In this document: positions 42,048 through 52,494 of the stretch, one piece after another
Position numbering within the stretch: position 1 is the stretch's first letter
Layout of the letters: each line of letters starts with the position of its first letter
Assembly (NCBI GenBank): GCA_039804105.1
Contig: JBDRZU010000002.1
Span: forward strand, 96,001 to 160,000
Origin: a candidate division WOR-3 bacterium
GTDB lineage: Bacteria > Hydrothermota > 32-111
Length of the DNA stretch: 64,000 nt
Direction: 5' to 3'
The notes under the pieces: model-generated
The model's database searches: none
Told to the model about the DNA's origin: nothing
The model's input: the letters and a program-made list of their open reading frames with translations, nothing else
Made by a program: the position numbers and the translations under genes

Positions 42048-42668
42048 ATGATCTACAGGAAGTTAAAAGAGGTTGCAAAAGAAATATATGTTGGAATAAA
42101 TGTAAAAAATTATCTCGACAAAGCCGAAATTTCACAAAATGATTCAGAAAAAAAGATTATACTTCATATCCCCATAATAAATATCTCCAACCTGACAGAG
42201 GATGGATTCTTTGTAGGTGATTTTAAAAGATTAAAAATTTTTTCCCAAAGAGAGATATTAAAGTATACTGTAAAAGAAAAAGATGTGATTTTTAACTCCC
42301 GTGGTACAACTTTAAAAATTGCAATAGTAGATGAAGAAAGAGCAGGTTACCTTATAACATCAAATATGATCGCTGTCAGTTTAATAGATGAATTTATCAC
42401 TCCTGAAATTTTCGAATTTTATTTAAGAAGTGAAAAGGGTTTCTATGAATTGATGAAATTATCCTTTTCTTCAAAAAATTCTATCAGATTAACTAAGGAA
42501 AGTGTTGAAGAACTCAAAGTACCAATTTTAAAACCTCAGGAGTTAGCCAGTTTATCAGGGTTGTTGAATGATTATAAAATAATAAAAAACATAGCAAAAA
42601 ATATATCTACTGATCTTGATAAAATGGCATATTTTATTATGAAAATATTAAATAAAGATGAAAAATAA
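42048..42668 (+). CDS. Half-size (single TRD) type I restriction-modification specificity subunit-like protein
   Basis: KLKEVA, IPIINISNL, VKEKDVIFNSRGT, FYLRS, LTKESVEELKVPI..Q match the HsdS repeat unit. ATG 42048 preferred over TTG 42009 because a TTGACA-N17-TATTAT promoter spans 41999-42027. Confidence 0.75.
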   Translation: MIYRKLKEVAKEIYVGINVKNYLDKAEISQNDSEKKIILHIPIINISNLTEDGFFVGDFKRLKIFSQREILKYTVKEKDVIFNSRGTTLKIAIVDEERAGYLITSNMIAVSLIDEFITPEIFEFYLRSEKGFYELMKLSFSSKNSIRLTKESVEELKVPILKPQELASLSGLLNDYKIIKNIAKNISTDLDKMAYFIMKILNKDEK

Positions 42669-44124
42669 AAATTTCGATACTCAAAAATTAAAAATAGAAT
42701 GTCTTAAAAAATATAAAAGAATCCTTAGAAAGGTTAGCAAATCAAGATTTTCACTTTTGTGGAATCTCAATTCAGATTTTTTAAAACTTTTGTTCATAAA
42801 ATATATTTACATGAATGAAGAAAATATCAAAAAATTTATCATTTTAGATGAGGGACTTTCATGGAAAAACCTTTCAGCGATAAAGGAAGATGTGGGAGTA
42901 TTTGTTGATAAAATTTTTGAAAATTTAGTTAAAAATAATGAAAATTTATCAGTTTTTTCCTTGCTTGAAAATTATTCTGAGCAGAAACATCGAAGAATTC
43001 CTATTGATAAAAAGTTTGCATTAAAATCAAGAGAAAAAATTCTAATTTATTTCATTGAAGAGTTAAACAAAGATTCATTTTTAAATCAAAAAAATACATT
43101 TAATATATTTGTTAAGGAGATAATTAACCATCAACAGCATTTTTACTATAAAATAAATGGATTAAAATATAGAGAAAATACTAATGAAGTAGTAAATTAT
43201 TTAAGTAGATATATAGAACAAAAGGTAAAAAATAGAGAAGATTTGTCTTTTTACATTCCCTATTTTAAAAGAGGTGAATTATATTTTGATATAATATTAA
43301 AAGTTGCTAACAAAAAAAGTAGTGTAAAAATTTATTGTAACGATTTTTGGGGTGAAATACCTGCTTTGATAATGCTAAAACTTTTTTTGAATGGTATTTA
43401 CAATGTTGATATCAGGACAAAAAAAGAACCATGGTTTATTGACTTTTTCAAAGATGAAAAGGAAGATTTAAAAAAATATGATATTGTTTTTGCTGATATT
43501 ATTGATGAAAAATATGATATAGATGAAGAACAATATCAAAAATTAAAAGAAAAAATTGAAACAGATTTAAGGTTTTACTTAGATTCAAAAAATATAATAT
43601 ATTCGTTTCTTCTTGACAGTTTAAATGAAAAAGGGGTTCTTATTTTGCTAACAAACTATAACTTTTTAACCGTTTCTGGTAGTAAAAAGGAAGTAAGAAA
43701 ATTTTTAGTTGAAAACAATTTTCTTGATGAGGTTATATCAATATATGGTTTTTTAAAATCACCTGTTGGGTATGATCCGGTTATAGTTCTTGTTGATAAA
43801 AACAGAGAAAAAAACAAAAAAGTGACTTTTGTTGACCTTGAAAGGGTAGTTGCTAAATTGTTACAGAAAAATAAAAATGAAGATAAAAATATTTTGAATG
43901 GAAATATTGATATATTAAAAGATATAGAATATGCAATGGTTCAAAAAAAGAATGAAGATATAAAAGAGAATGATTACAATTTTAATGTATTTAAATATCT
44001 TTCCTATCTACCTCAAGATTACAATGAAGCATTAGAAGAAATTGCCAAAAGGTTAAATGGAACTACAGAGGAATTTCAAAAGAGATTAAATGAATTTTTG
44101 ATCAAAATAAAAAAATTGAGATAA
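42658..44124 (+). CDS. Type I HsdM-like N6-adenine methyltransferase homolog with degenerate SAM-binding and catalytic motifs
   Basis: HsdM scaffold (LLFIKYI, LFLNGI, LNEKG, EVRKFLVE..LDEVISI, VTFVD, IKENDYNFNVFKY). Motif I reads YIPYFKRGEL instead of YDPACGSGG; motif IV reads VFADIID instead of ANPPF. Confidence 0.75.
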   Translation: MKNKNFDTQKLKIECLKKYKRILRKVSKSRFSLLWNLNSDFLKLLFIKYIYMNEENIKKFIILDEGLSWKNLSAIKEDVGVFVDKIFENLVKNNENLSVFSLLENYSEQKHRRIPIDKKFALKSREKILIYFIEELNKDSFLNQKNTFNIFVKEIINHQQHFYYKINGLKYRENTNEVVNYLSRYIEQKVKNREDLSFYIPYFKRGELYFDIILKVANKKSSVKIYCNDFWGEIPALIMLKLFLNGIYNVDIRTKKEPWFIDFFKDEKEDLKKYDIVFADIIDEKYDIDEEQYQKLKEKIETDLRFYLDSKNIIYSFLLDSLNEKGVLILLTNYNFLTVSGSKKEVRKFLVENNFLDEVISIYGFLKSPVGYDPVIVLVDKNREKNKKVTFVDLERVVAKLLQKNKNEDKNILNGNIDILKDIEYAMVQKKNEDIKENDYNFNVFKYLSYLPQDYNEALEEIAKRLNGTTEEFQKRLNEFLIKIKKLR

Positions 44125-44282
44125 ATAAAGGTCCAGTTCATCCACCATATTTTAAAAAAGGTAAAAGATAAACAGTTGAGTGAATGTATTAATATTAATT
44201 TTTAAAGATTATTTTTTATTCCATAGATAGTTAGTTATTTTTTAAATATAAAAAATTCTTTTAGAATATTTTAATATTCATA

Positions 44283-44310
44283 TTGACTTATTTGTATTTT
44301 ATGATATAAT
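44283..44310 (+). promoter_or_regulatory. sigma70-type promoter of the AAA+/vWA operon
   Basis: TTGACT-N16-TATAAT with extended -10 TG. Confidence 0.7.
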
Positions 44311-44362
44311 ATTATTGTTTGAAAATTACACTGCATCAGTTATAAACAAAAGGGAGGTTATA

Positions 44363-45763
44363 GTGGAAATGGGAACACATATGACCGTCAAATTTTCGGG
44401 TTTTCTTGAAGAACTTGGAATTTTTGGTTATTCAAGCCTGGAACTACCAATAATAATAACTTTAGCAACTCAAGATCCAATACTTTTCGTAGGAACACAT
44501 GGAACCGCAAAAACGATCCTCTGTAAAAGAATTGCTGAAATGCTTTCCTTAAAATATCATTGCTATGATGCTTCAAAAGCTTTATTCGAAGATATTTTGG
44601 GATTTCCTAATCCAAATACTCTCAAAAAAGGAAAAATTGAGTATATTAGTACCCCGATTTCAATCTGGGATAAAGAATTTATACTTATTGATGAAATATC
44701 TAGAGCAAATTTTCAAACTCAAAGTAAATGGCTCGAGATTATAAGATCAAGGAAGATTATGGGATTGGAAATAAAAAACTTGAAATATATTTTTGCTGCA
44801 ATGAATCCTCAAAACTATATAGGTACATTCGAAATCGACAAAGCACTTTTAGGGAGATTCTCAATGATAATAGAAATACCCGATTTAAAAAATATGGATG
44901 ATAACACAATAAAAAATATTATAACGACAACACATTCGGATGATGCGAGAGGATTTTTGAAAAACAACCCCAAATTTAATAACTTCAATTTTAAAAAGAA
45001 AATAGAAAATACAATAAACAAAATAAAAAATGATTTTTATATCAAAAAATATGATGATATATCAATTAATTTTGTTCAAATCTTAATCAAATTGTTATTG
45101 GAAGAAAACATTGAAATAGATGGTAGACGAGCAGGAATGCTTTTTAGAAATATTCACAGTGCTCTATCTGCATATGATTATGATCGTAAAGATAAAAATG
45201 TTAAGAAAATTTTAAACCAAACAGCCTTAGATACAATATCTTCATTTGATAAAAATGAAAAAGAAAAAATAAAACTCTGTATTAAAAAAAGTTCAGATAT
45301 ATTAATTGATGGAAAAAATAAATATTATTTTTTCAATAAAAAAAATATCTCATCTACATTAAATGAATTTGCTTCAAATTACAACATCCTTCAAAATGAG
45401 GAAAAAGAAGAGTTCTTTTTAAAACTTCTTGAATATTATCAAGAATTGAAAAACGAAAAAGAGTTTGAAAAAATTCTTGAAATTTATGAATTTTCTTTTT
45501 TTCTTGAAAATCTCATGGAAAATGAAGCAACCAACAAAAATGAAAAAATAGTTGAACTTTTAAAAATGGTTCAAAAACCTTTTCTATTTCCGAATCAGAA
45601 AAATTTTATAAGAATTCTTACATTAATTAACCAAAAAGATAATAAGAGAATAAACTACTTCATCATTAATGTTTTAAGTAATTTTGAGTTCCAAAATGAT
45701 AACGATATTATAGAACATTATCATATTGCACAAAAATCTATGGAGGTAAATTATGTTTGTTAA
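44363..45763 (+). CDS. MoxR-family AAA+ ATPase with helical C-terminal extension
   Basis: Walker A GTHGTAKT, EDILGFP, Walker B ILIDEISR, AAMNP, ALLGRF, DGRR. Start GTG 44363 follows SD GGGAGG. Confidence 0.9.
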   Translation: MEMGTHMTVKFSGFLEELGIFGYSSLELPIIITLATQDPILFVGTHGTAKTILCKRIAEMLSLKYHCYDASKALFEDILGFPNPNTLKKGKIEYISTPISIWDKEFILIDEISRANFQTQSKWLEIIRSRKIMGLEIKNLKYIFAAMNPQNYIGTFEIDKALLGRFSMIIEIPDLKNMDDNTIKNIITTTHSDDARGFLKNNPKFNNFNFKKKIENTINKIKNDFYIKKYDDISINFVQILIKLLLEENIEIDGRRAGMLFRNIHSALSAYDYDRKDKNVKKILNQTALDTISSFDKNEKEKIKLCIKKSSDILIDGKNKYYFFNKKNISSTLNEFASNYNILQNEEKEEFFLKLLEYYQELKNEKEFEKILEIYEFSFFLENLMENEATNKNEKIVELLKMVQKPFLFPNQKNFIRILTLINQKDNKRINYFIINVLSNFEFQNDNDIIEHYHIAQKSMEVNYVC

Positions 45764-46787
45764 TGCATTTAAACTTTTATATGATTTTAAAGAAAATAAA
45801 ACAAGATTTTTTGAGAAAATAAAAGTTCAATATCCTTTTGTTGAATGTTTCAACAACCTTGAAATGTTTCTTTTTGAAGAAAAAAACAAAATCTTTAAAC
45901 CTTTTATATTGAATCTAACAGATGGTTCAACAAAACACGGGATTTTATCATATTCTTCCATATCTGGTTTAAAAAATTTTTTAAAATCAAAAAATAGCAT
46001 TCACTTCATAGAAAACAAACCTGTAATTTTAAATCAGATTGAAAATGAATCACATTACATGAAAAAATCTTATTTCTTCACAAGAAACAAATTCAAATTA
46101 GAAAAATATGGAATTTTACATAATAAATTTTTTACTAACTACAAAGATGATATCTTTTTTTTAAAAAAAGAATTAATAGATTCTTATAATTATTATAACG
46201 ATTCAGATTATGGTGAATCATTTTCATATAGTTTATTTGAAAAAGATTACAAAGACCAGAAATTAAGATTGTTCAGGACTCTGTTTTTAATTCTTGAACA
46301 AAAAAATGAAAAACCAAAAAAAACTTTCTGTTATAACTTTAAAGATTACTTTTCTGTTTATAATGCTACCGAACTTCCTGAGGAAATACAGGAAGAATTT
46401 GACAATTATGGCTTTTTTGGAAAACCAAACTTTATTGATAATTATTTTAACATGATAAATATTAAAATTAAATATATCGTCAGAATCCCTGAAAAAGAAG
46501 AAATAAACAGATTCCATGAGAATAAAAAAATAATAAAACCTAAACTTGAAAAAAAATTTTATTTTGTATTTTTTGATCCATTTCCACAATATGTTGAAGA
46601 TAAACTCGATGACATAATACCAATAACAGACATTGAACATGCATATTCGATTCTTATACATTCAGGTTCAGGATATTATTTTAACTCAGAGAAAGATCCT
46701 TCTTCTGAACATATTTATGAAAAATTAAGAAAAAATAGCAAATATATATGTCTGGGAGAAGCTATACAATTTCCAAAAAAGATTTAA
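45753..46787 (+). CDS. Hypothetical protein (344 aa)
   Basis: Long ORF, SD GGAGG, overlaps the AAA+ stop; no motif recognised. Confidence 0.75.
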   Translation: MFVNAFKLLYDFKENKTRFFEKIKVQYPFVECFNNLEMFLFEEKNKIFKPFILNLTDGSTKHGILSYSSISGLKNFLKSKNSIHFIENKPVILNQIENESHYMKKSYFFTRNKFKLEKYGILHNKFFTNYKDDIFFLKKELIDSYNYYNDSDYGESFSYSLFEKDYKDQKLRLFRTLFLILEQKNEKPKKTFCYNFKDYFSVYNATELPEEIQEEFDNYGFFGKPNFIDNYFNMINIKIKYIVRIPEKEEINRFHENKKIIKPKLEKKFYFVFFDPFPQYVEDKLDDIIPITDIEHAYSILIHSGSGYYFNSEKDPSSEHIYEKLRKNSKYICLGEAIQFPKKI

Positions 46788-46796
46788 AGAGGTTTT

Positions 46797-48083
46797 ATGT
46801 CGAATAAAGATATCAAAAAAATATTCTCTGATATTTTAAATGAAAACTTTGAGCAATTTTCTGGTAAAATTACCTTCTTGTTTTCAGATGAAATTTCAAC
46901 AGCATGTGTAAAAAGAAATGAAAATGGTTTTTTGTTATTATTTAATAAGAATTTTATTGAAAAATATGATTTAAGTTTATTTGATATCGAATTTGTATTA
47001 TACCATGAACTTTCACACTTAAAATATGGTGATCTCAATAAAATTTTTTCTACAAATATTACAGAAAAAGAAAAAATTACCATAAATATTGTTCTTGATA
47101 TAATGATAAATTCATTATTAATAAAAAATTTTCATTTTACAAAATATCTTACAATTTTTGAAAAATTATATAACTTATCAAGTTTCCCTACATTTCTACT
47201 TTATCCACCATCTCTATACGATTTTCAAAAAGAAAGAGAAAATTTAAAAAAAGTTTTATTAAAAAATGGTATAGATGAATTTGATTGTGAATTAATTTTT
47301 GATCTATATATAAAAATGTGGGATTTAAAAATTTCAGAAACTGAAGCATTTTACAGTTTAAAAGAATTTATTGAATTTTTTGAGGATCATAATCCGATCT
47401 TTTTGGGTTCCCATGAAAAAAAAGGTTATTCAAACAAACCTATAAATGAAATCATAAATTTTAGATTACAAAAATCAGGTCAAAAAGACAACATTAAAAA
47501 CTTTTATGAATTTTTAAAATTTATAAACACCATGTTATCAGAAGGTCAGAATTTTGCCTCAAAAACAATTGAACAAAATATTTTTTACAATGTAATAGAT
47601 TTTATCACAAGAAAAGATATACTTTTCAATTTCTACAATGTTGAAAGATTACTCTATGAAAATAAAATATACAAAGAAGATTTTACAAAAAAGGATCTTT
47701 CAGTTTATATTGATGTTTCTGGTTCATTTTTAAAAACTTATCCATACATCGTTAAACTGGTTTCACAACTAAAAGGTTTTTATTTTTTAGAACTTTTTCA
47801 GTTCAGTTCAACAATTAAAAAAATTAAATTTAATGACTTTTTAAAAGGCATTGTTACAACAAATAATATGACCAATATCGATGCTGTTTTGAAACATATA
47901 ATCGATAACAACTATAAAAATGCACTTATTATAAGTGATGGTTTAATACATCATCCTTCTAATGATCTTATTTTTAAAATAAAAGAAAAAAATATTCAAA
48001 TATTTTCTATCATTACAAGAAAACAGTCAGAAAATAAAGTTAAACAATTTTCTTATAAATACCTTTTTCTTAAAATAAACTAA
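46797..48083 (+). CDS. HEXXH metallopeptidase-like + vWA domain protein (DUF2201-like architecture)
   Basis: ISTACV, VLYHELSH, NIVLDIMIN N-terminal; MIDAS VYIDVSGS...TNI...ISDG C-terminal. Confidence 0.85.
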   Translation: MSNKDIKKIFSDILNENFEQFSGKITFLFSDEISTACVKRNENGFLLLFNKNFIEKYDLSLFDIEFVLYHELSHLKYGDLNKIFSTNITEKEKITINIVLDIMINSLLIKNFHFTKYLTIFEKLYNLSSFPTFLLYPPSLYDFQKERENLKKVLLKNGIDEFDCELIFDLYIKMWDLKISETEAFYSLKEFIEFFEDHNPIFLGSHEKKGYSNKPINEIINFRLQKSGQKDNIKNFYEFLKFINTMLSEGQNFASKTIEQNIFYNVIDFITRKDILFNFYNVERLLYENKIYKEDFTKKDLSVYIDVSGSFLKTYPYIVKLVSQLKGFYFLELFQFSSTIKKIKFNDFLKGIVTTNNMTNIDAVLKHIIDNNYKNALIISDGLIHHPSNDLIFKIKEKNIQIFSIITRKQSENKVKQFSYKYLFLKIN

Positions 48084-48094
48084 AAGGAGGAAAA

Positions 48095-48544
48095 ATGAAA
48101 AAAAGTGTATCAAAATTGTCCGATGATAAAAATTTTTCAATTATAATCGACTTAAAAAATATTTTCAAAGAACAAAAAATAAAAATTAAGAAAGAAAAAA
48201 TAAACCATGGAGGAAATATAAAATTTGGATTGAATTCCTGTCAATATACTTTTTACAGTGATACATTTGAAGAAAAAATTTTAAGAGCGATCGAAGGAAT
48301 TTTAATACATGAACCAGTTGATGATAAAATTAAATTTTTGCAGGGAATACCTAAGAAACTTGAAATAAAAGTGGAATATAGCAATTTTCATGACTCATCT
48401 GAGATAAGAATCGAAAAAATTTCACATTTTGCTTTGGTTACACTTGCATATTACCTTTTAAGGGTAATAAAAGTTTTTGAATGTGAGGTTAAAAGTGACA
48501 TGGACCAAGGATACGGCCTTGTTGCTATAGATGAAGCAATTTAA
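48095..48544 (+). CDS. Hypothetical protein (149 aa)
   Basis: Strong SD AAGGAGG; last gene of the operon; no motif recognised. Confidence 0.7.
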   Translation: MKKSVSKLSDDKNFSIIIDLKNIFKEQKIKIKKEKINHGGNIKFGLNSCQYTFYSDTFEEKILRAIEGILIHEPVDDKIKFLQGIPKKLEIKVEYSNFHDSSEIRIEKISHFALVTLAYYLLRVIKVFECEVKSDMDQGYGLVAIDEAI

Positions 48545-48556
48545 AAATAAAAAAAA

Positions 48557-48630
48557 CGGGAGCGACGAGACTCGAACTCGCGACCTCTTGCGTGACAGGC
48601 AAGCGTTCTAACCAACTGAACTACGCCCCC
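48557..48630 (-). tRNA. tRNA-Asp (GTC), CCA not encoded
   Basis: GGGGGCG...CGCTCCC-G, anticodon arm CTTGC-CT-GTC-AC-GCAAG; promoter TTGACA-N17-TATTAT at 48645-48673. Confidence 0.95.
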
Positions 48631-48676
48631 GTTTAAGGGATGTTATAATACCATAGAAATAAAATTTTGTCAATAT

Positions 48677-50931
<2,255 letters not shown>

Positions 50932-50971
50932 AAGATTAAATTATATCACAAATTCAGAGATTATCAACTAT

Positions 50972-51616
50972 TTAAACACCGATTTTTTCACAGTGTTTAT
51001 TTAATACACAAATATCACATTTTGGTCTTACAGGTCTGCACACATTCTGTCCCCATATAACAAGCAATTCGTTGTAAATTATCCAGTATTTTTCAGGCAA
51101 AACTTTCATCAGTTCGATTTCCGTTTCATAAGGATTTTTTGTTTTTATTACTCCAAATCTGTTTGAAATTCTATGAACATGAGTATCAACACATATACTT
51201 TTTTTCCCATAACCTAAAGATAGCACAAGGTTTGCTGTTTTCCTTCCAACACCTTTCAAATTCAAAAGTTGTTCCATATCATCTGGCACTTTTCCACCAT
51301 ATTTATCGATTATTGTTTGAGAAACATTTTTGATCACTTTCGCTTTATTTCTATAGAACCCTGCTTTTTTTATCAGGTTTTCTATCTCACTGTTTTCAAG
51401 TTTCACCATTTTATAAGGTGTATCTGCTACTTTGAAAAGTTTTAAAGATACCTCTTCTGTTATCTTATCTTTGGTTCTCAAAGAGATCAAAGTTGATATC
51501 AGAATTTTATAGGGAGTGCTTTTTTCAAAAAGTTTACCTACAACAGGTTTTTTATACTTTTTTGTTTCCTTTAAAAGAATTTTTAGAATCTTTATAAAAA
51601 CTTTTTTATCCATCAA
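50972..51616 (-). CDS. nth: Endonuclease III
   Basis: LKGVGRKTAN HhH, VDTHVHRI, CRPVRPKCDICVLNKHC. Confidence 0.95.
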   Translation of the reverse strand: MMDKKVFIKILKILLKETKKYKKPVVGKLFEKSTPYKILISTLISLRTKDKITEEVSLKLFKVADTPYKMVKLENSEIENLIKKAGFYRNKAKVIKNVSQTIIDKYGGKVPDDMEQLLNLKGVGRKTANLVLSLGYGKKSICVDTHVHRISNRFGVIKTKNPYETEIELMKVLPEKYWIIYNELLVIWGQNVCRPVRPKCDICVLNKHCEKIGV

Positions 51617-52494
51617 AACAACAATAAAGTTAAAGCAACATAAACCGATTCAAGAAAATATAAAATTCGATAAAATCTTCTAAAATTTCTCGGGAAATTA
51701 AAATCGATATTTGACTTTAAAATTTTTATAAAGTGATAGAGTTGTAAAAACATTCCAGGTAAAAATGCGATTCCAGTGTAAATTGGGATCACTTTAAAAA
51801 ACGAAATCGTTAAAAAATATAAACAGGATGTAAAAAATATTATAGAGGAAAGTATGAACGATCCTTTAAGACCCAACTTGTGTGCGATTGTGATGACATT
51901 GTTTTCCTTATCCGTTTGATAATCAACATTGTAATGGTTGATATGCCCCGCTATTTCTATAAGTCCAAAAAACAAGGAAAAGAAGATAAGATCAAAAGAA
52001 AAGTAACCTACAATATAGGAACCAAATATTGCAAGAAAAGGCATTGTTAGAAGATCAAGGATAAAAGGGAAAACAATTCCCTTTTTAAACATAACGAGTG
52101 GATGCGTATAGAGAATCCAGCCAAGCATAAGAAAAATGAAATAGATTGTGAAATATGGATTTATAAAGAGAGAAAAGAAGATGTTTGATAAAAAGAAGAA
52201 CGATGAAATATAAAAAAGAAACTTTTTATCAACTCCTTTAAACCTTTCTTCAAATTTCTTTTTTTTGTCTTTCAAATCAAGTTCAAATGTTGCATAGTTG
52301 TTATATGAAAGAACCTGCGATAAAAATGAGAATACAGCGAGAATTCCAAAAAGTGTTTTGAAACTTAACTCAGGAAATCCCAACCTATATGTTGCATAGA
52401 TGAAACCTGCGACAGTTATAAAAAAATGCTGAATGTTTTCGTAAGGTCTTATAGCAAAAAATAAAGACCTTATATGATTTTTAAGAGTTTTCAT
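51613..52494 (-). CDS. UbiA-family prenyltransferase (divergent)
   Basis: IRP, YNNYATFELD, HYNVDYQTDKEN.VITIA; multi-TM; first Asp-rich motif degenerate. Confidence 0.65.
   Translation of the reverse strand: MKTLKNHIRSLFFAIRPYENIQHFFITVAGFIYATYRLGFPELSFKTLFGILAVFSFLSQVLSYNNYATFELDLKDKKKKFEERFKGVDKKFLFYISSFFFLSNIFFSLFINPYFTIYFIFLMLGWILYTHPLVMFKKGIVFPFILDLLTMPFLAIFGSYIVGYFSFDLIFFSLFFGLIEIAGHINHYNVDYQTDKENNVITIAHKLGLKGSFILSSIIFFTSCLYFLTISFFKVIPIYTGIAFLPGMFLQLYHFIKILKSNIDFNFPRNFRRFYRILYFLESVYVALTLLLF

Larger units (their letters stand above)
41850..48550 (+). mobile_element. Putative horizontally acquired island at the 3' end of tRNA-Asp (no integrase or att repeat seen)
   Basis: Visibly more AT-rich than flanks, opposite strand to neighbours, defence-like cargo, ends 12 nt from the tRNA-Asp 3' end. 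Boundaries approximate. Confidence 0.55.

Noticed and set aside
42048..44124. Functional type I restriction-modification system
   Set aside because: No hsdR in the window and the MTase lacks motifs I and IV.
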